Below the pieces are notes generated by a model. It saw only the letters and a list, made by a program, of their open reading frames with translations, ran no database searches and was not told the DNA's origin. From positions 6,076,001-6,140,000 of the forward strand of contig NC_135259.1 of the NCBI RefSeq assembly GCF_964204865.1: DNA of 64,000 nucleotides, given 5' to 3'. Of this stretch, positions 14,997 to 27,751 are shown one piece after another. The DNA comes from Styela clava. Its lineage: Eukaryota. How positions within the stretch are numbered: position 1 is the stretch's first letter; each line of letters opens with the position of its first letter. The translations under genes and the position numbers were made by a program.

Positions 14997-17900
14997 TTAC
15001 TCGTAAGCCAAGCCAGATGCAATCTTTTTTGTCTTTCTTCTTAATTCTTTGTAATGAGCTCGCTTTGCGTTGAAGATTGCTTCCTGGAGCTGTAATAGAA
15101 GCACATTTAATATACACTTTTTGTACTTTTTGTGTTATACTTAAGCTGCCAAAATTTAAATTCAACTCACCTTGGCAATGCGATACATTGTTCTGACTGG
15201 ATGCTCATCCATGTTTTCAATATCTGAATCGCATGTACGTAAGTATTGCATTTCCACATCAAACAGTTTGGGTTTCATTGCAGTATTAAACGATACATTT
15301 GGCACTATAACACAAGCATTTGTTATTTCACTGACTGAGTGGCGTTTTCTTTTGCACACCTTAAATAAATCTAGACGCAGTATTCGTTTAAAGTTTACGT
15401 AATAAATAAGATTTTACACTTCGATGGTAAATTGAATAACTTGAACTTACTCTGAGCTTCTAGTGTTATAAACTTTGGTTCCCCATTATCTGTCGAACTT
15501 GCGTTGAATTTTCCAACTCGAGTAAAAACCCCTCCATGAGGTGTTTTTACAGAAATGACATCTGATACGCCTCCGGGGTAATGTACCTCTAAGGGTTGTC
15601 CACCAGCGGTTGTTTCATCCATTTTCTTTACATGTTGCTTGAACTGCAATAATATGGGTCAATGAATATATTACTTTGAGGTTGTACAAATCGAATGCTT
15701 TTTGTATTTTGATATTAATTATTCGACAAATGAATGAGAAATACCAATCTTCCAATTTGTCGACAACTTGGATTTGGCAAGTTCGTTCTTTCTCAGATTT
15801 GACAAAAGCAAGAAAACAAGAGAAAAAAATGGTTTAGTATTCAATCATGGAATATGACGTCAAAAAGCGCAAATTGAATATAAAGATCAAGATTGGATTT
15901 GATTCATGCAGCAATTTTTGGCGATCGTTTATGTTGATGTTGACGATAAAATGGCACCATCTCAGGTATAAACAGCTTTGTATTTAGAACTTCTCTTGGC
16001 AGTGTCGGTTTGGAAATGGAAACTGCTATCAGTATTGATACAAAGAGTACTTTCATTGGATAACCAATATACACCAAATTCCAGTGGACAAATAATACCT
16101 GTGCAGTAAAATCGAACCCTTTACTATAAAGTTTTGCAAAAGTTCCATGATTTTGTCCAGCCAATATATCCAAAGCATCGGAGGAAAAACTTGATTTGTA
16201 TTGGAGAGTGTGGATCCCAAACCTACAAAATGTAATAGTTTCGATGGGCTTCGAAAATATATATTTCTATCAGATTTTGTGCTACTCCACAATTTCATCA
16301 AAATAAATTAGTTTTGTGATAATATAATTACCTACATCTTCTCTACCTTATTTTATTTTTGCTTATTTGAACATTTGTAGCGCCTTGTCGACGGGCGTGT
16401 GGACTTGACAATCGGTCTTGTTTGAAGCAGCGTTTTAACTATATATGCGGATTAGATTCGATCGATCAATTAAATCACTCTCTACTCTGTTGAAGACACT
16501 TATTTATACAAATTTTATATAATATCACTGGAGCATTGAAGATAAGGAGAAAAGTCAAAGTATAGCTAGGATGACCCTTAAAATAGAAACACTCATCTAA
16601 AATGCAGTCTTCGTCGAGTTTGCGGGAGGTATTGAGGAATTCGTTAACTGGTGTTTCACCCGCTATTGCAATTATTTATTTAAAAGGATTGGCGTCAAGC
16701 ACCAAAAAATTTTAATGGACTGAACAGCATCAAGTCTTTCTTTCCAGGCACTCATGGTGAAATTAAGTGAATAATTGAAATTAAACAAATTCAGTTCCTA
16801 CCCTGCACGGTTGTACGACCAAGCGTTTTTTACTATTCTTCCAGAACGCGAACTAGTGCGTCCATCAGCAAATACAACTACGAAGTCGAATAATGGATCA
16901 ATGGGTACTTTCTTTTTGGCATCTAAAATAAAAATAGTCTTTGCATTACATCATTAAACTACTAATCAATATCATTCAAAATAAAAGAATCCTATCATTC
17001 CCATCAGTACAGTGTTGTCACAATTTGAACCTTCGATACGCTTCAGTGGATTCGATGGTTAGACCAATGGGGAAGCAATGTTGTGGCACGAGATTTCTAT
17101 ATCGAGTTCAGGGTATGTTAGATGCATAGCGATAAGGGTTTCATGTGCGTTCACTTGTAATGCATTCCTTGTATTAGTACTGCTCGTCGGGAGCCTTGTT
17201 TTGACAAAAATTATAAAGCAAACTGTCATATTAATAGTTCAGAAAAGAGACTTTAAAAAGTTCTCATAAATCATCAAATTGGTAAAACGGCTACGTATTT
17301 CCAAATCTGTACAATGCATATTAAAACTGCAACTGCAAATATACTCAATCAATAAAAAATTGCTTGTTATGAACTAAACCTTTTAGAAGTTTAACTCCGA
17401 GCTCCAAAGCGTCCGGGTATTTTGTTCCGTATGACTTATGGTCTTTCAAAAGAAATTTTTTCGCTGATCTGATGCTTCGTGGAGTAGCTCTTGATAATTT
17501 TCCCTTTCTCCATTTTTTGATCTTATGACCAAACTTTAAAATTCCTATGCGATCCTGAATTAATATATAAAATGCAAATGTAAAAATCGATAGCTCCAAA
17601 CATATAAGTGAACTGCTTGCATTTTAAAGAATTGGTTCGTTAGTATGGACTCTGGAAAAACCCTGCCCAGTACAATAAAATTATGACCATCTCATTAAGC
17701 TGAGTATTGAAAGATTGCATATACGGAACTGTGAATATCCCCTCAAAACCTCCTTTAGATGCTGCTAATCAGAAGAATGATCCAGTTTATGCAAGTCTCG
17801 TTACAAGCACTTCATTTTGATTGAATGAAAAAATATTTGTACAAAAGTACACTATCTTATGATACATACTAATTTATCAGTGTATCGGATTGGCTCGAAC

Positions 17901-20900
17901 TGATTTCTAATTTAAAAAAGTCCTTGTCATCGTCTTTGTGTCTTGTGCAAACTGAAAGTGCTAGTTTGGACTTTCGACCCTTGTTTTCATAAACACTCTT
18001 TTTTGTGGTTCTACTGAATCGGATGCAGGTTAATAATATTACATTGTGAAAATTCCCGCCTGTCAGCAAATATTCTCGGACAAAATATTTTACAATAACT
18101 TCCGCTGTATGGAATTCCCCTTCCACGGGGCTGCTGCATTTGCACTATTGTTTAGAATAATTAGTTCGATTCTCTTGTAAATCAACATGCTGCCAACTTC
18201 TGAGCAATGTTTCCTATATATATATATATATATATCTTTTAAAAATCATGTTGATTTTTTGGTCGTTTACAAAGTTACAACTCACTCAGCAGCGGCTCCT
18301 TCAAGCTTAAGTCTGGAGTTTGTAACCTTGCTTCGAGCAAATGTACATAAAAATCTCCCAAAACTTTTCCTTTGCTGAATAATAAAGTTTGAATGAAGAT
18401 CATGCTTACCTTTGTAGTCATGGAATCAAGTACGTCCATCATTGCTTCATTTGCTCGCTGATCATTGTTCACACTGTTTTCGTAATTAGCTTGCAGAACA
18501 AACATTATCATTCGTGGGGGATATAATAGTTCAGGGCCAAAATAGGCAATATGTCTGAGTTAAAAAAACATAAAATTATGAAACAAGTTTTAAAAAATTA
18601 TATAGTTGAGTAACTTCTTCTTTTCAGCTTAACTAGAGAATTGCTTGGAAACGAGAAGGCATCCCATAAATTAATCTCAATATTGTCGAAGCATGCTATT
18701 ATGTTTTTATAAAATTTTTGTTGAAACGTATTTTATTGCCTCCAATACACATCGAGTCATTTATATATATAAGGGTGGTACTCTATTCCCAGATATTTAG
18801 GTCAGGTTGGGTATTTGACATATTGAAACTTAATATAAATTCACGGTTATTGATTGTCAAATTATTAGCTACTAATAGGTATTAATAGAAATCGAAATAA
18901 CTTACCCATGACCTAAAAGAACTTCGGGTTCTTCGTCTCCATCTAGTTTGTAAGTTAATTTTAATCTGTCTACTCCATTATTCGTAAACTGACCAGATTC
19001 ATTTTCAATTTTCATTGTTAATGCATTTTGTTCATCTCTAGAACAAGATAACAATGTAAAAATACATGTAAAAACAAAAACTTAGTCGACATAAACATTT
19101 GAATGTCATTTAAGCGAACTGGAATTAAAAAAAAATAAACACCTGAGGAGAGTAACAGTTGCATTTTGTGCTGAAACTGATTTGAGTTCAATATTCCTTG
19201 TTTCGCAGATATTTATATTGACTGCCAGCATTTGGGTTGGTTTATTTCCCACAACACTGACTTCATACTCGTACCTGAGTTACAAAATTATATTAAATAT
19301 TTTACGATTGAATAAGTCATATTTTTAATTTGAATTAACGATGATTTTTATACTTTCCGTTAACTTTTTCCAATACTTGTTGATATGTTAGTTTTAGATT
19401 CGCGGTTGTTAGAGAGCCAACGTTAACAATCAACATGTAGACACTATCATCATATTCCAACCATTTCTCACATGTTTCCAGTAAGACCTAAATAATAATA
19501 AAAAATTGTTTTTGTAGTCCTAATTATATCTTTATGTCCGAAAGCCTAATTTGGCAGCATCATACGAGGGAATATTTGATGTGACATTGATATATTTATT
19601 GCTAAGGATTCATGTTTTGTTGTTTCGAATCAAAATATATTTATTCAGTGAAATCAGTTTTATGGCTGCCGAACGATTTAAACTTTTTAAAATAGATGAT
19701 AAAATAACATTATTGCCAAACAGTCAACAATGGGTGCCAATGCACTGTACTACTGTCGTCATTTACCAGGTATTTTCTGTTCTTATAATAAACTGCTGTA
19801 GTCAAATAAAAATTTGTACCCCGCTACAACGGAAATTGACCGATACTCGTACTTATATTTCGATAATAGAAAATGATCTATATAGCCTATTTTGAAGTTT
19901 ATTTTATTAAGAAACAAGGTAGTAGATATTTATGATGCCTTATGAATCTGAATTCTCGGCTAGATACGATCAGCAATGCTTTAATAAAAACTTGTAAATA
20001 ATTTATTCGATATGATATTTCTAAATATTGCCATACCGTTCCATCATACATTTGGTTTTGCGCTCTCTTTTTCATTTTCAATGTTGCATCATATCTGTTA
20101 TTGCCGATTGTCATACTAAGGTCAGTAAAGAATGCTTCGATGGGAGGCATTAAGTATAGCTTAGCCTGTATGATAAGAAGTATAATATCGTGCTATGAAG
20201 AAGAACGGCCAGATCAACCATGCTGAGAAGAAACAGTTCGCTCTTCGTATATGCTCACACCAACAATTTTATAAATTTCTATATCGAGCAAACAGGATCT
20301 ACTTCTTAACACTTTATATATATATATACTGGTGTGAAGTCGAAGAAAATCATAATCTGTTTTTTGTGTTTCATTACATGGGCACTGGTATTAGATATTT
20401 TGGATTCTGTGTGTAATGAACTGCTTACTACATCAGCACTTCCTATCATGATATGCAACTTACCGACATATATCCGAAGGATTTCAGAACTCCAGAAAAT
20501 ATCTGTTCGAAACCTTCAAACGGATCAGAATGTTGTGAGGTCACAAACGATTAAGATACAAATTTGTTTTTGTTGTACAAAACTTTAAAAAATTAAAAAA
20601 ATTAAAACTCATTCTCAAATTCTGCTTTAACTCGAGAATCCATAGCTTTCTGACAATTCCTTTGCCCGCAGAATATACAGATTAGTAAATCTGTTCGTAT
20701 ACAACTTCAAGAAGAAAAAATTACCAACCTCTACCGTCTTATTCTCATCATTGGTGAGTTGAATGTTCATATTTGTTTTGGCAACATGATATCGTATTTG
20801 AGTCGTGATTTCCGTAGTTTCTGTTTTAATTTAATTAAAATTGATTATCAAAAGCAAAATTACTTGATAAATAGTTGAAATGAAATAGCAGTGTTATAGA

Positions 20901-21245
20901 CATAGTTCTGTTAAATGTTGTTTTTCTATTTATCGAATGATCAACATAATATAGGGTGTGTATCATCTACTAACCGTCTTTATGAATATTTTTGTCAAAA
21001 AAAATATTTTGAGTGTCAAAAAATTGTCATAAATTTGAGTTTCATGAAGCAAAATGTGAACTAAAAACACTAATATAAGCTTTACTCACGAAATTCGTAT
21101 GTGTCCCCTTCTTTTGTCAAAACTAGTAATCCTGAAAGAGTAAAAATTAACAATTAACAACAAAACCATTCAATTTTCAGACAATATAATAGAACTTACC
21201 GAACATGACAGTATGAAGAATGCAACCAAACATTTCTAGAGACAT
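14997..21245 (-). CDS. Inter-alpha-trypsin inhibitor heavy chain-like secreted protein (signal peptide + VIT + degenerate vWA + helical region), about 585 aa, 14 exons
   Basis: Phase-consistent GT-AG exons: 21245-21200, 21131-21090, 20820-20729, 20165-20037, 19487-19354, 19274-19143, 19037-18906, 18554-18410, 17554-17380, 16922-16802, 16222-16099, 15643-15451, 15370-15171, 15089-15001. Peptides collinear with ITIH: PPIEAFFTDLSMTIGNNRYDATLKMKKRAQ and LKLTYQQVLEKVNGKYEY (VIT); HIAYFGPELLYPPRMIMFVL, DRIGILKFG..W, YGTKYPDALELGVKLL, VVVFADG and LDILAGQNHGTFAKLY (vWA). The exact 3' end is uncertain: stop at 14997 if unspliced, otherwise a short extra exon near 14838. Confidence 0.8.
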
Positions 21246-23771
21246 CAATCTTAATATGACTATTTTTATTTATATGAACCCTGGAATATTAATTGCATTT
21301 CAACACAATCAACGATCTTTTCATAAACAAAATTTGTTATTTCTGCCTATAACACGTAAATAACACATACACATACATGCACACATAACACATACATAAC
21401 ACTACTCGAGAATTGAAATTTGCTAAACTGAACAAATTCCATCAACAACAAGGTTTATAACTCGTTATTATCAATAACATCATGTGCGTGCGATAGTTAT
21501 GTTATATTATTGGTAATAGGATGCTATAATTGTTTTCTCTCCATTTCGGAAAACCCCAGTTCGTAAGTTTATATCACCACCATCAAGTCGTATTCAATTT
21601 ATAATGCACAAATTTCGCGTGGGATGCAATTTTAGATTATTTATATCTGTTACTGAATCTAGACAGGACTCTTTTGAAATCAACGATGGTGTATTACATT
21701 TGAATGCAAACCTTCAGATATAAACGTCAGAAACTGTGACAAATAATAATATGATGCTGGAAACATTTCAACGGATTGTCTGAAAATTGGGTTTTTTTTT
21801 AAAGTGGCACAAAGTTGACAATTAGTATGCCAATCAAGCACCAATGAAAATAGACAGTAAGGTTAAACTTCAACGTGAAATGAACCTGCTTTGATGATAA
21901 TTTAACAATGTAGCCATCTTGACAAAACAACTCACACAATGATGCAATTCTATGGCAAACGTCAATCAAAATCTTATGCTATCATCTCCAGGGTTCAGAT
22001 ATAAAATAATTTGCAATCACATTACAAACATAGAGATGCATATCACGAAGCTATCTCAGTCTGGCTAACTCCACATAGGAATATTGCGTTTGACCTGTTA
22101 ACTAATGATCGAAATTCTGATATTCCACCGGAAAATACGCTAATGACGACGTTTATTTAATATAGTTTTGAAAAAAACTATAGTTAGCCTATCTAATATG
22201 CAGAGCGATGGCAATTAGAGGAGAAATATTTCGAACTTTATATTTCGAACTAAACGAATTGCCCCAGCTTAGAACGAGGAGTCAAACTCGTTGGTAGGAA
22301 TATTTGTCATTCGTTTGTAAAAATTCGTGAGCCGTGCGAAATGCATGTCAGCCTTCCCGAATTAAACCTTATGTACTGTTTTGAATTTGAAAAATTGACA
22401 CCCTGCCTTTATCTTTCTTCTCAGTAAACACTATTATCGTTGTCTCGCCATATACCAATACAATCACCACCTTATAGTACAAATAAAACACCGTAGTATA
22501 ACTAGTCTTCACATCGCTAATTTAATACTTTCGATATATCGTACGTTCACTGTTGTTGTTTTCGTAAAAGAGCTTTAAACGTTTTGGAATATTACAATAA
22601 TATTTAGGTATTCTATTTTCTACTCTAATTCAAACCCATCTAACTAATTCAGTAATCTGTATTGAGCACTGTCAATTCATGATTACAAGTAGATGAAAAG
22701 AATAAAGCTGATTCAGAGTTTGTTTAAATTTGGTTATTTCAAATGACAATAGCTTACTTTTGTACATGCTTAATATTTGTTAATTAGTACTGCGGAAAAG
22801 ATAATACTAAATAGTGGCTTTTTCGAGAAATATTTTATTGCAATCAAGTTTTGCAGAAAGCCTATATGGTAAAATGCTTGAAGTAAAATTCCACATTGAA
22901 AATATAGGAAGCAAGAAGTTATTCATTCAATTAAAAGTTGTTTGTTTAATATTGACAGCTTGACAGAGATAGACTGCAAGAATTTCCTTCATGCGAAACG
23001 AACTATCCACCATTTAGTTGTCAAAGCATTGGTTCTACCTTTCCTAATGCAATCTGAATATATGTGTAAGTTCTTGAGCGAGCATGATACACGCAATCAC
23101 AGTTGCTCCAATCATGATTGAACATGTTGGACCAGACAAATATATTTATAAATCGTGATTGCAGATCAATTCAATCATGACTGTATTATTTCCGCAATGC
23201 TCAAATCGTAGGGAAAGGAAATTTTAGCCTTCCAGACTAAAAATCAATTGATGACGACATTCGTCTTCGATGAAGCATGATTCATAAATGAAATGTGAGT
23301 AATTATTAAGTTATCAATGCCTCATAGTTGATCAACTTCTACCCTCCAAAATATGATCAATTGGAATTTATAAATATGAACGTTAAATAGAAGTGAAATC
23401 AACAGCAGTCAGAAACGCAGCCGAGGTAGTATGAGGTAGTGAAAGGCAATATTGTTAATCAAAATTATTTTCTATCGTCTACTCAGAGATTGTGAATGAA
23501 ATTTATACTGCGGAAAAGCTAATGTTCAATGGCGAAAACAGGGTATATTTTGGAAAATAAAATTGAAATCAAAAGCTTTTCATATGTGACAGAATAGAAA
23601 GTTTGTATAAAAGTACAATCACAATGTTGTAAGTCACGCAGAGATTGTGAATTGCCACATATTTCATTTTGCAAAACTTTATCGTTCATAAATAAAATTG
23701 ACATTCAAAATGAATGATTTCGTTTTGTAACATATTTTTATATTAAGGTTTTCTTCGTCAACCAATTTGAA

Positions 23772-25902
23772 ATGTATAAAGCTGCGAGAAAAATAGTGTT
23801 AGCGGCAGGATTATTGGTAATATCAATATATTCTGTTTATAATGTTTGTTTTATCAACCGACTTCCTGCAGAACGATATGAAGAAATTAAAAACTCGAAA
23901 AACTTCAAAAAATTGAAACGTAAGATATTGAAAACACTGTACAACTTAACTTAAAACTCATAATGTTTAAAATTATTGTAATTTTCGAATATATTTGTTT
24001 TAATAGAAGGGGACACAGCGAGTGACTTAGAAAAACGCAGGAAGATGTGGAAAAAGATAGTAGAACCTTCTGAATCAGAGGTATATTGTAAACACAAAAT
24101 CTTTTATTATCTCCTTCCCTTCTTCTTCCTTATATTTTCCTACATCCTTAATTTTATTCATTTTCGCCTTCATTATGAAAAGAAACATAGATTGCCGGAT
24201 GTCATTGGAATAGGCGTGAGAAAATGTGGCACAGGACCATTGCTGCATTTCTTGAGAATGCATCCACTCATACGAATCGGAAAAGGAGAAATGCACTACT
24301 ATGATACTGCAGACGTTGAAAAGGGTATCGAGTTTTATAAGTAAGTTTCAGATAAAATTCTGGAATAAGCTACCGTTAGTCATGTTGTTACAGCATAAAC
24401 TCTCTCTTTCTCTGTTGTTCTTGGCTTCATGAATATTGTATACGTTCCATATAATGGTATTTCGTTTGGGATAAAGGTTGTACATTTAGGGGCTTATGTG
24501 GTCTAGCATCATATATACTTACTTATGACTTGAAAAGCTTCCAATTAGCCTGATTCTACATTGTGGAATTACCTTCAACTTAGCTCAACAAACTACACAA
24601 TATTGCTACACTGCATACAAAATTGCAGATATTAATGAAATATACTTATAGGAATGCACTGCCGACAGCCAGCGACAATCAATTGATAATGGAGAAGACT
24701 CCAGCTTACTTCACTACTCTACCAGATAATCTACCGGATATTATTAAACGAGACTCCCCGCACGTGAAATTAATACTGTTATTGTGCAATCCGGTTAATC
24801 GGGCATTCTCAGATTATGCACAACGAGTAAGTAATTTTAAATTTTCCTGCTTTTTGAAAGCATTTCTAAACAACTGAATAACTATAATATAAATAGGAAT
24901 ACCGGTATAGTTCAAACTTCTGGCCTCAGTATGCTGGTAGTATGTTGTTTATCGACAATTTTAGTAGATAGGCTATCAGCTGTCTTGGTATTTATTGCAC
25001 TATTCGTAGAAACCTCGGCGCTTCCGAAGTATGTGCACTAAGATGGCGCACAACCTGAACCCTAACTTGGTATGCATACTATGTTCAGGATGTGCGCCAT
25101 CTTGGTGCATATACTTCTGGAGGTCTGAAACTCATATTAACTCAATATCGTGTATGTATGCATGGTGATTAAGAAAATTGCAACGTTATCATTTGATGTG
25201 TTTTGAATGGCAAAAATTCTATATCAAGTTTGTCTTTTTATGTTATCATCCAGAGATTAATTAAATATTTTTATTCATACCTATCTGCGTTATAAGCTTC
25301 TTATATTTTTCTACTAGAGAACAAGACGGGACAACAAAACTGGTAACAGTACATTTAAAGAGTACTTTGACAAGTATTTCTATCCGGTACAAAAGCAATT
25401 TTCAACCTTATCTATGGAAGACGATGACGCCGCTGTGACTGACGTCATAAAAACTCTTCGGAAAGACAAGCCAAAATTCAGCTTTGCATATGGTATTTAC
25501 GCCTATTTTATAAGGCGATGGTTGAAAGTGTTTCCTCCAGAAAACTTCTTAATATTGAACGGCGAAGACTTTTTAACTGATCCTGGAAGTGTATTAGAGA
25601 AAGTTCAAGAATATTTGAACGTCCCAAAGGTATTTTTAAAGAATGATTTCATAAAGCATCCAAAGACTGGTCTCTTTTGCCTGCGGCCATGGTGGAATGA
25701 AACCTACAACTTTCGTTCCGAACTTATACCTCATAGTTCTTGGGAAAATCAACTCTACTGTGCAGAGAATACAAAGGGTCGAACACGATCTATCATCAAA
25801 AAATATGATTTTGATGTTGGTAGTTTTGAAAAGCTTAAAAAATTTTATGACCCATATAACAGATATTTGTATAACATTCTAGGAAAGACATTTGACTGGT
25901 AG
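23772..25902 (+). CDS. HS3ST: Heparan sulfate glucosamine 3-O-sulfotransferase-like, type II Golgi membrane protein, 379 aa, 5 exons
   Basis: Exons 23772-23919, 24007-24080, 24183-24340, 24652-24826, 25318-25902 (1140 nt, in frame). N-terminal anchor IVLAAGLLVISIYSVY; 5'-PSB loop LPDVIGIGVRKCGT; EMHYYD; EKTPAYF; 3'-PB CNPVNRAFSDY; GLFCL...C..TKGR; C-terminal LKKFYDPYN..LY.ILGKTFDW, all typical of HS3ST. Confidence 0.88.
25017..25126. mobile_element. Short palindromic MITE in HS3ST intron 4
   Basis: gaagtatgtgcactaagatggcgcaca ... tgtgcgccatcttggtgcatatacttc inverted repeat; second copy at 32791-32900. Confidence 0.8.
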
Positions 25903-26061
25903 AATTTTTCATAGCATTGTTACCTGTATTGGCTGAGCAATTGTCTCTTATTTCATTTATTGTATTCGTGGTACCCGATCAATGAATATCCCTAGATTAT
26001 GAATGCCACAGATTAAACGGCCATTACTATGTATTACATCAAAGAAACTTTAATATATATA

Positions 26062-27751
26062 CCGTATTTCCTAGCGAATAAGTCGCTTTTCTAGGCCCAA
26101 ATTTTTGACCTGATTTTGGGGGTAGTCTTATTAGGCGAGTATGATAATTGTTTTGGTGTCGCCTTATTATTCAATTCGTACCATAAAATACCAAATACCT
26201 TTAGCGACAGCATCCCCACTTTTTTATCATTGCCGTGTTGCTTTAGATCGGTAATGTTCTTCTATGGTGCACGCAATCGTGAGTTAGGTTGACCCCAATT
26301 AGATTAAAGAAACTCAAGAAAAAGTCATTATAGGCTATTTTAACCAATGCGCAAAGGCGGCGACCGCTTAAATGTCACTGCATGGTAATTTGAGATTCCG
26401 ATGTTGATGCGATTTTACTACTCGTCTTATTGGCAGGCAGTGGCGTGCCTAGAGGGGGCCGAAGGGGCCAAACGCTCCGGGCAGCACATTGTAGGGGGCA
26501 GCAGAACCAAGCAGTAGCAGAGTTTGCGTAATCCCACATCGTCACGCTAATAACCGAATTGCATAAGTCATTTTTAGCAGTTTTGAGAAAAACGTAAAAA
26601 ACTTTCTAATGGTATTGTTATGCCATTTAGAGATAATAATTTACCATGGTTCAATTTTTTGATCGTAGCCGGATTTAAGTTAATTTGTATGACGCAGTTA
26701 TGTGACGTCATAATGGCGCACTGTGACTTAGGCAGAAATGTGTCTATGGCCTGAGGACAGCGCAATTTTGCAACTTGACTATATGCACCAGTCCTAAAAA
26801 CCAAACAATCCAAAAACGAATGTAATTCTCAGTATCTACGATGTCTAATCCCCAAAGTAGCTAATCTGTTTCAACTACATTATTTTTTATGTTCAAAAAT
26901 ACATATTTCACCAATATAACACGCTCTGCACACTCGCCGAAATAAGACTAATATTAACTATAACGAATAAAACAGCAATGTGCCCTTATATAAAAGCCAA
27001 CCAAGGTGAATTGGACTCAGACAGTGAATATCACAAGTGCACGCCTTCCTATACTGAAGTATAAATTCATATTTATAAGCGCTAAGCTGGAATCTGAGAT
27101 GCAAAAACTCGAAAATCCTTCGCAGAGGTTATTTTGCATTTGTGACGTCGCAATAGTCCTGTCGTAACAATGATAATTCATTATGTCGAAACAATTGCAC
27201 AAATGTGCATGTCATACAAAATCTCCATTTTTATGGGTTTCAGAATTCCTAAAATAAAATCTGAGTTAACAGGCAGGTGCGCAGCATTACACAAATAGCT
27301 GTTTTAAAAAAAACTCAAAACTGCCAAAAATGACATACGCAATTCGGTTATTAGCCTGACGACATGCTCTCTAGATGTGTTCTTATTTATTTAAAAGCTA
27401 ACATTATGTGTTATGTGGTGATGATTATTAAACAAGGGTTGTTTCCCCGACCCTTGACCTCAAAAAAAAATTTCCTATATTTTACAATTGCAACATTTTT
27501 TGATGCTTAGTTTAATAAATCTAACGTTTCTTTCTTACTTGACCTTTATTTGATTTATTCTCGTCTATGACGACATCTATAATCTGTTTATCACCTAAAT
27601 TATTTTAGAAGTTAGGTATAAGGGGCAGCATTTTCAGAAACTCGCCTCGGGCAGCAGGCTAGTTTGGCACGCCCATGTCGGCAGGTTATATGCGAAAAGC
27701 CGTTTCTTCAGGCTTAAAAACGGGCCTCGTCTTATTCGCCAGGAAATACGG
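26062..27751. mobile_element. pogo/Tigger-like (Tc1-mariner superfamily) non-autonomous element with TA target duplication, interrupted by a nested hAT element
   Basis: ta|ccgtatttcctagcgaataag ... cttattcgccaggaaatacgg|ta TIRs. An uninterrupted inverted copy lies at 60424-60903. Confidence 0.8.
26438..27677. mobile_element. Non-autonomous hAT-like element nested in the MITE
   Basis: TIRs cagtggcgtgcc / ggcacgcccatg; 8-bp TSD ttggcagg / tcggcagg (1 mismatch). The empty site is visible in the 60424-60903 copy. Confidence 0.75.
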
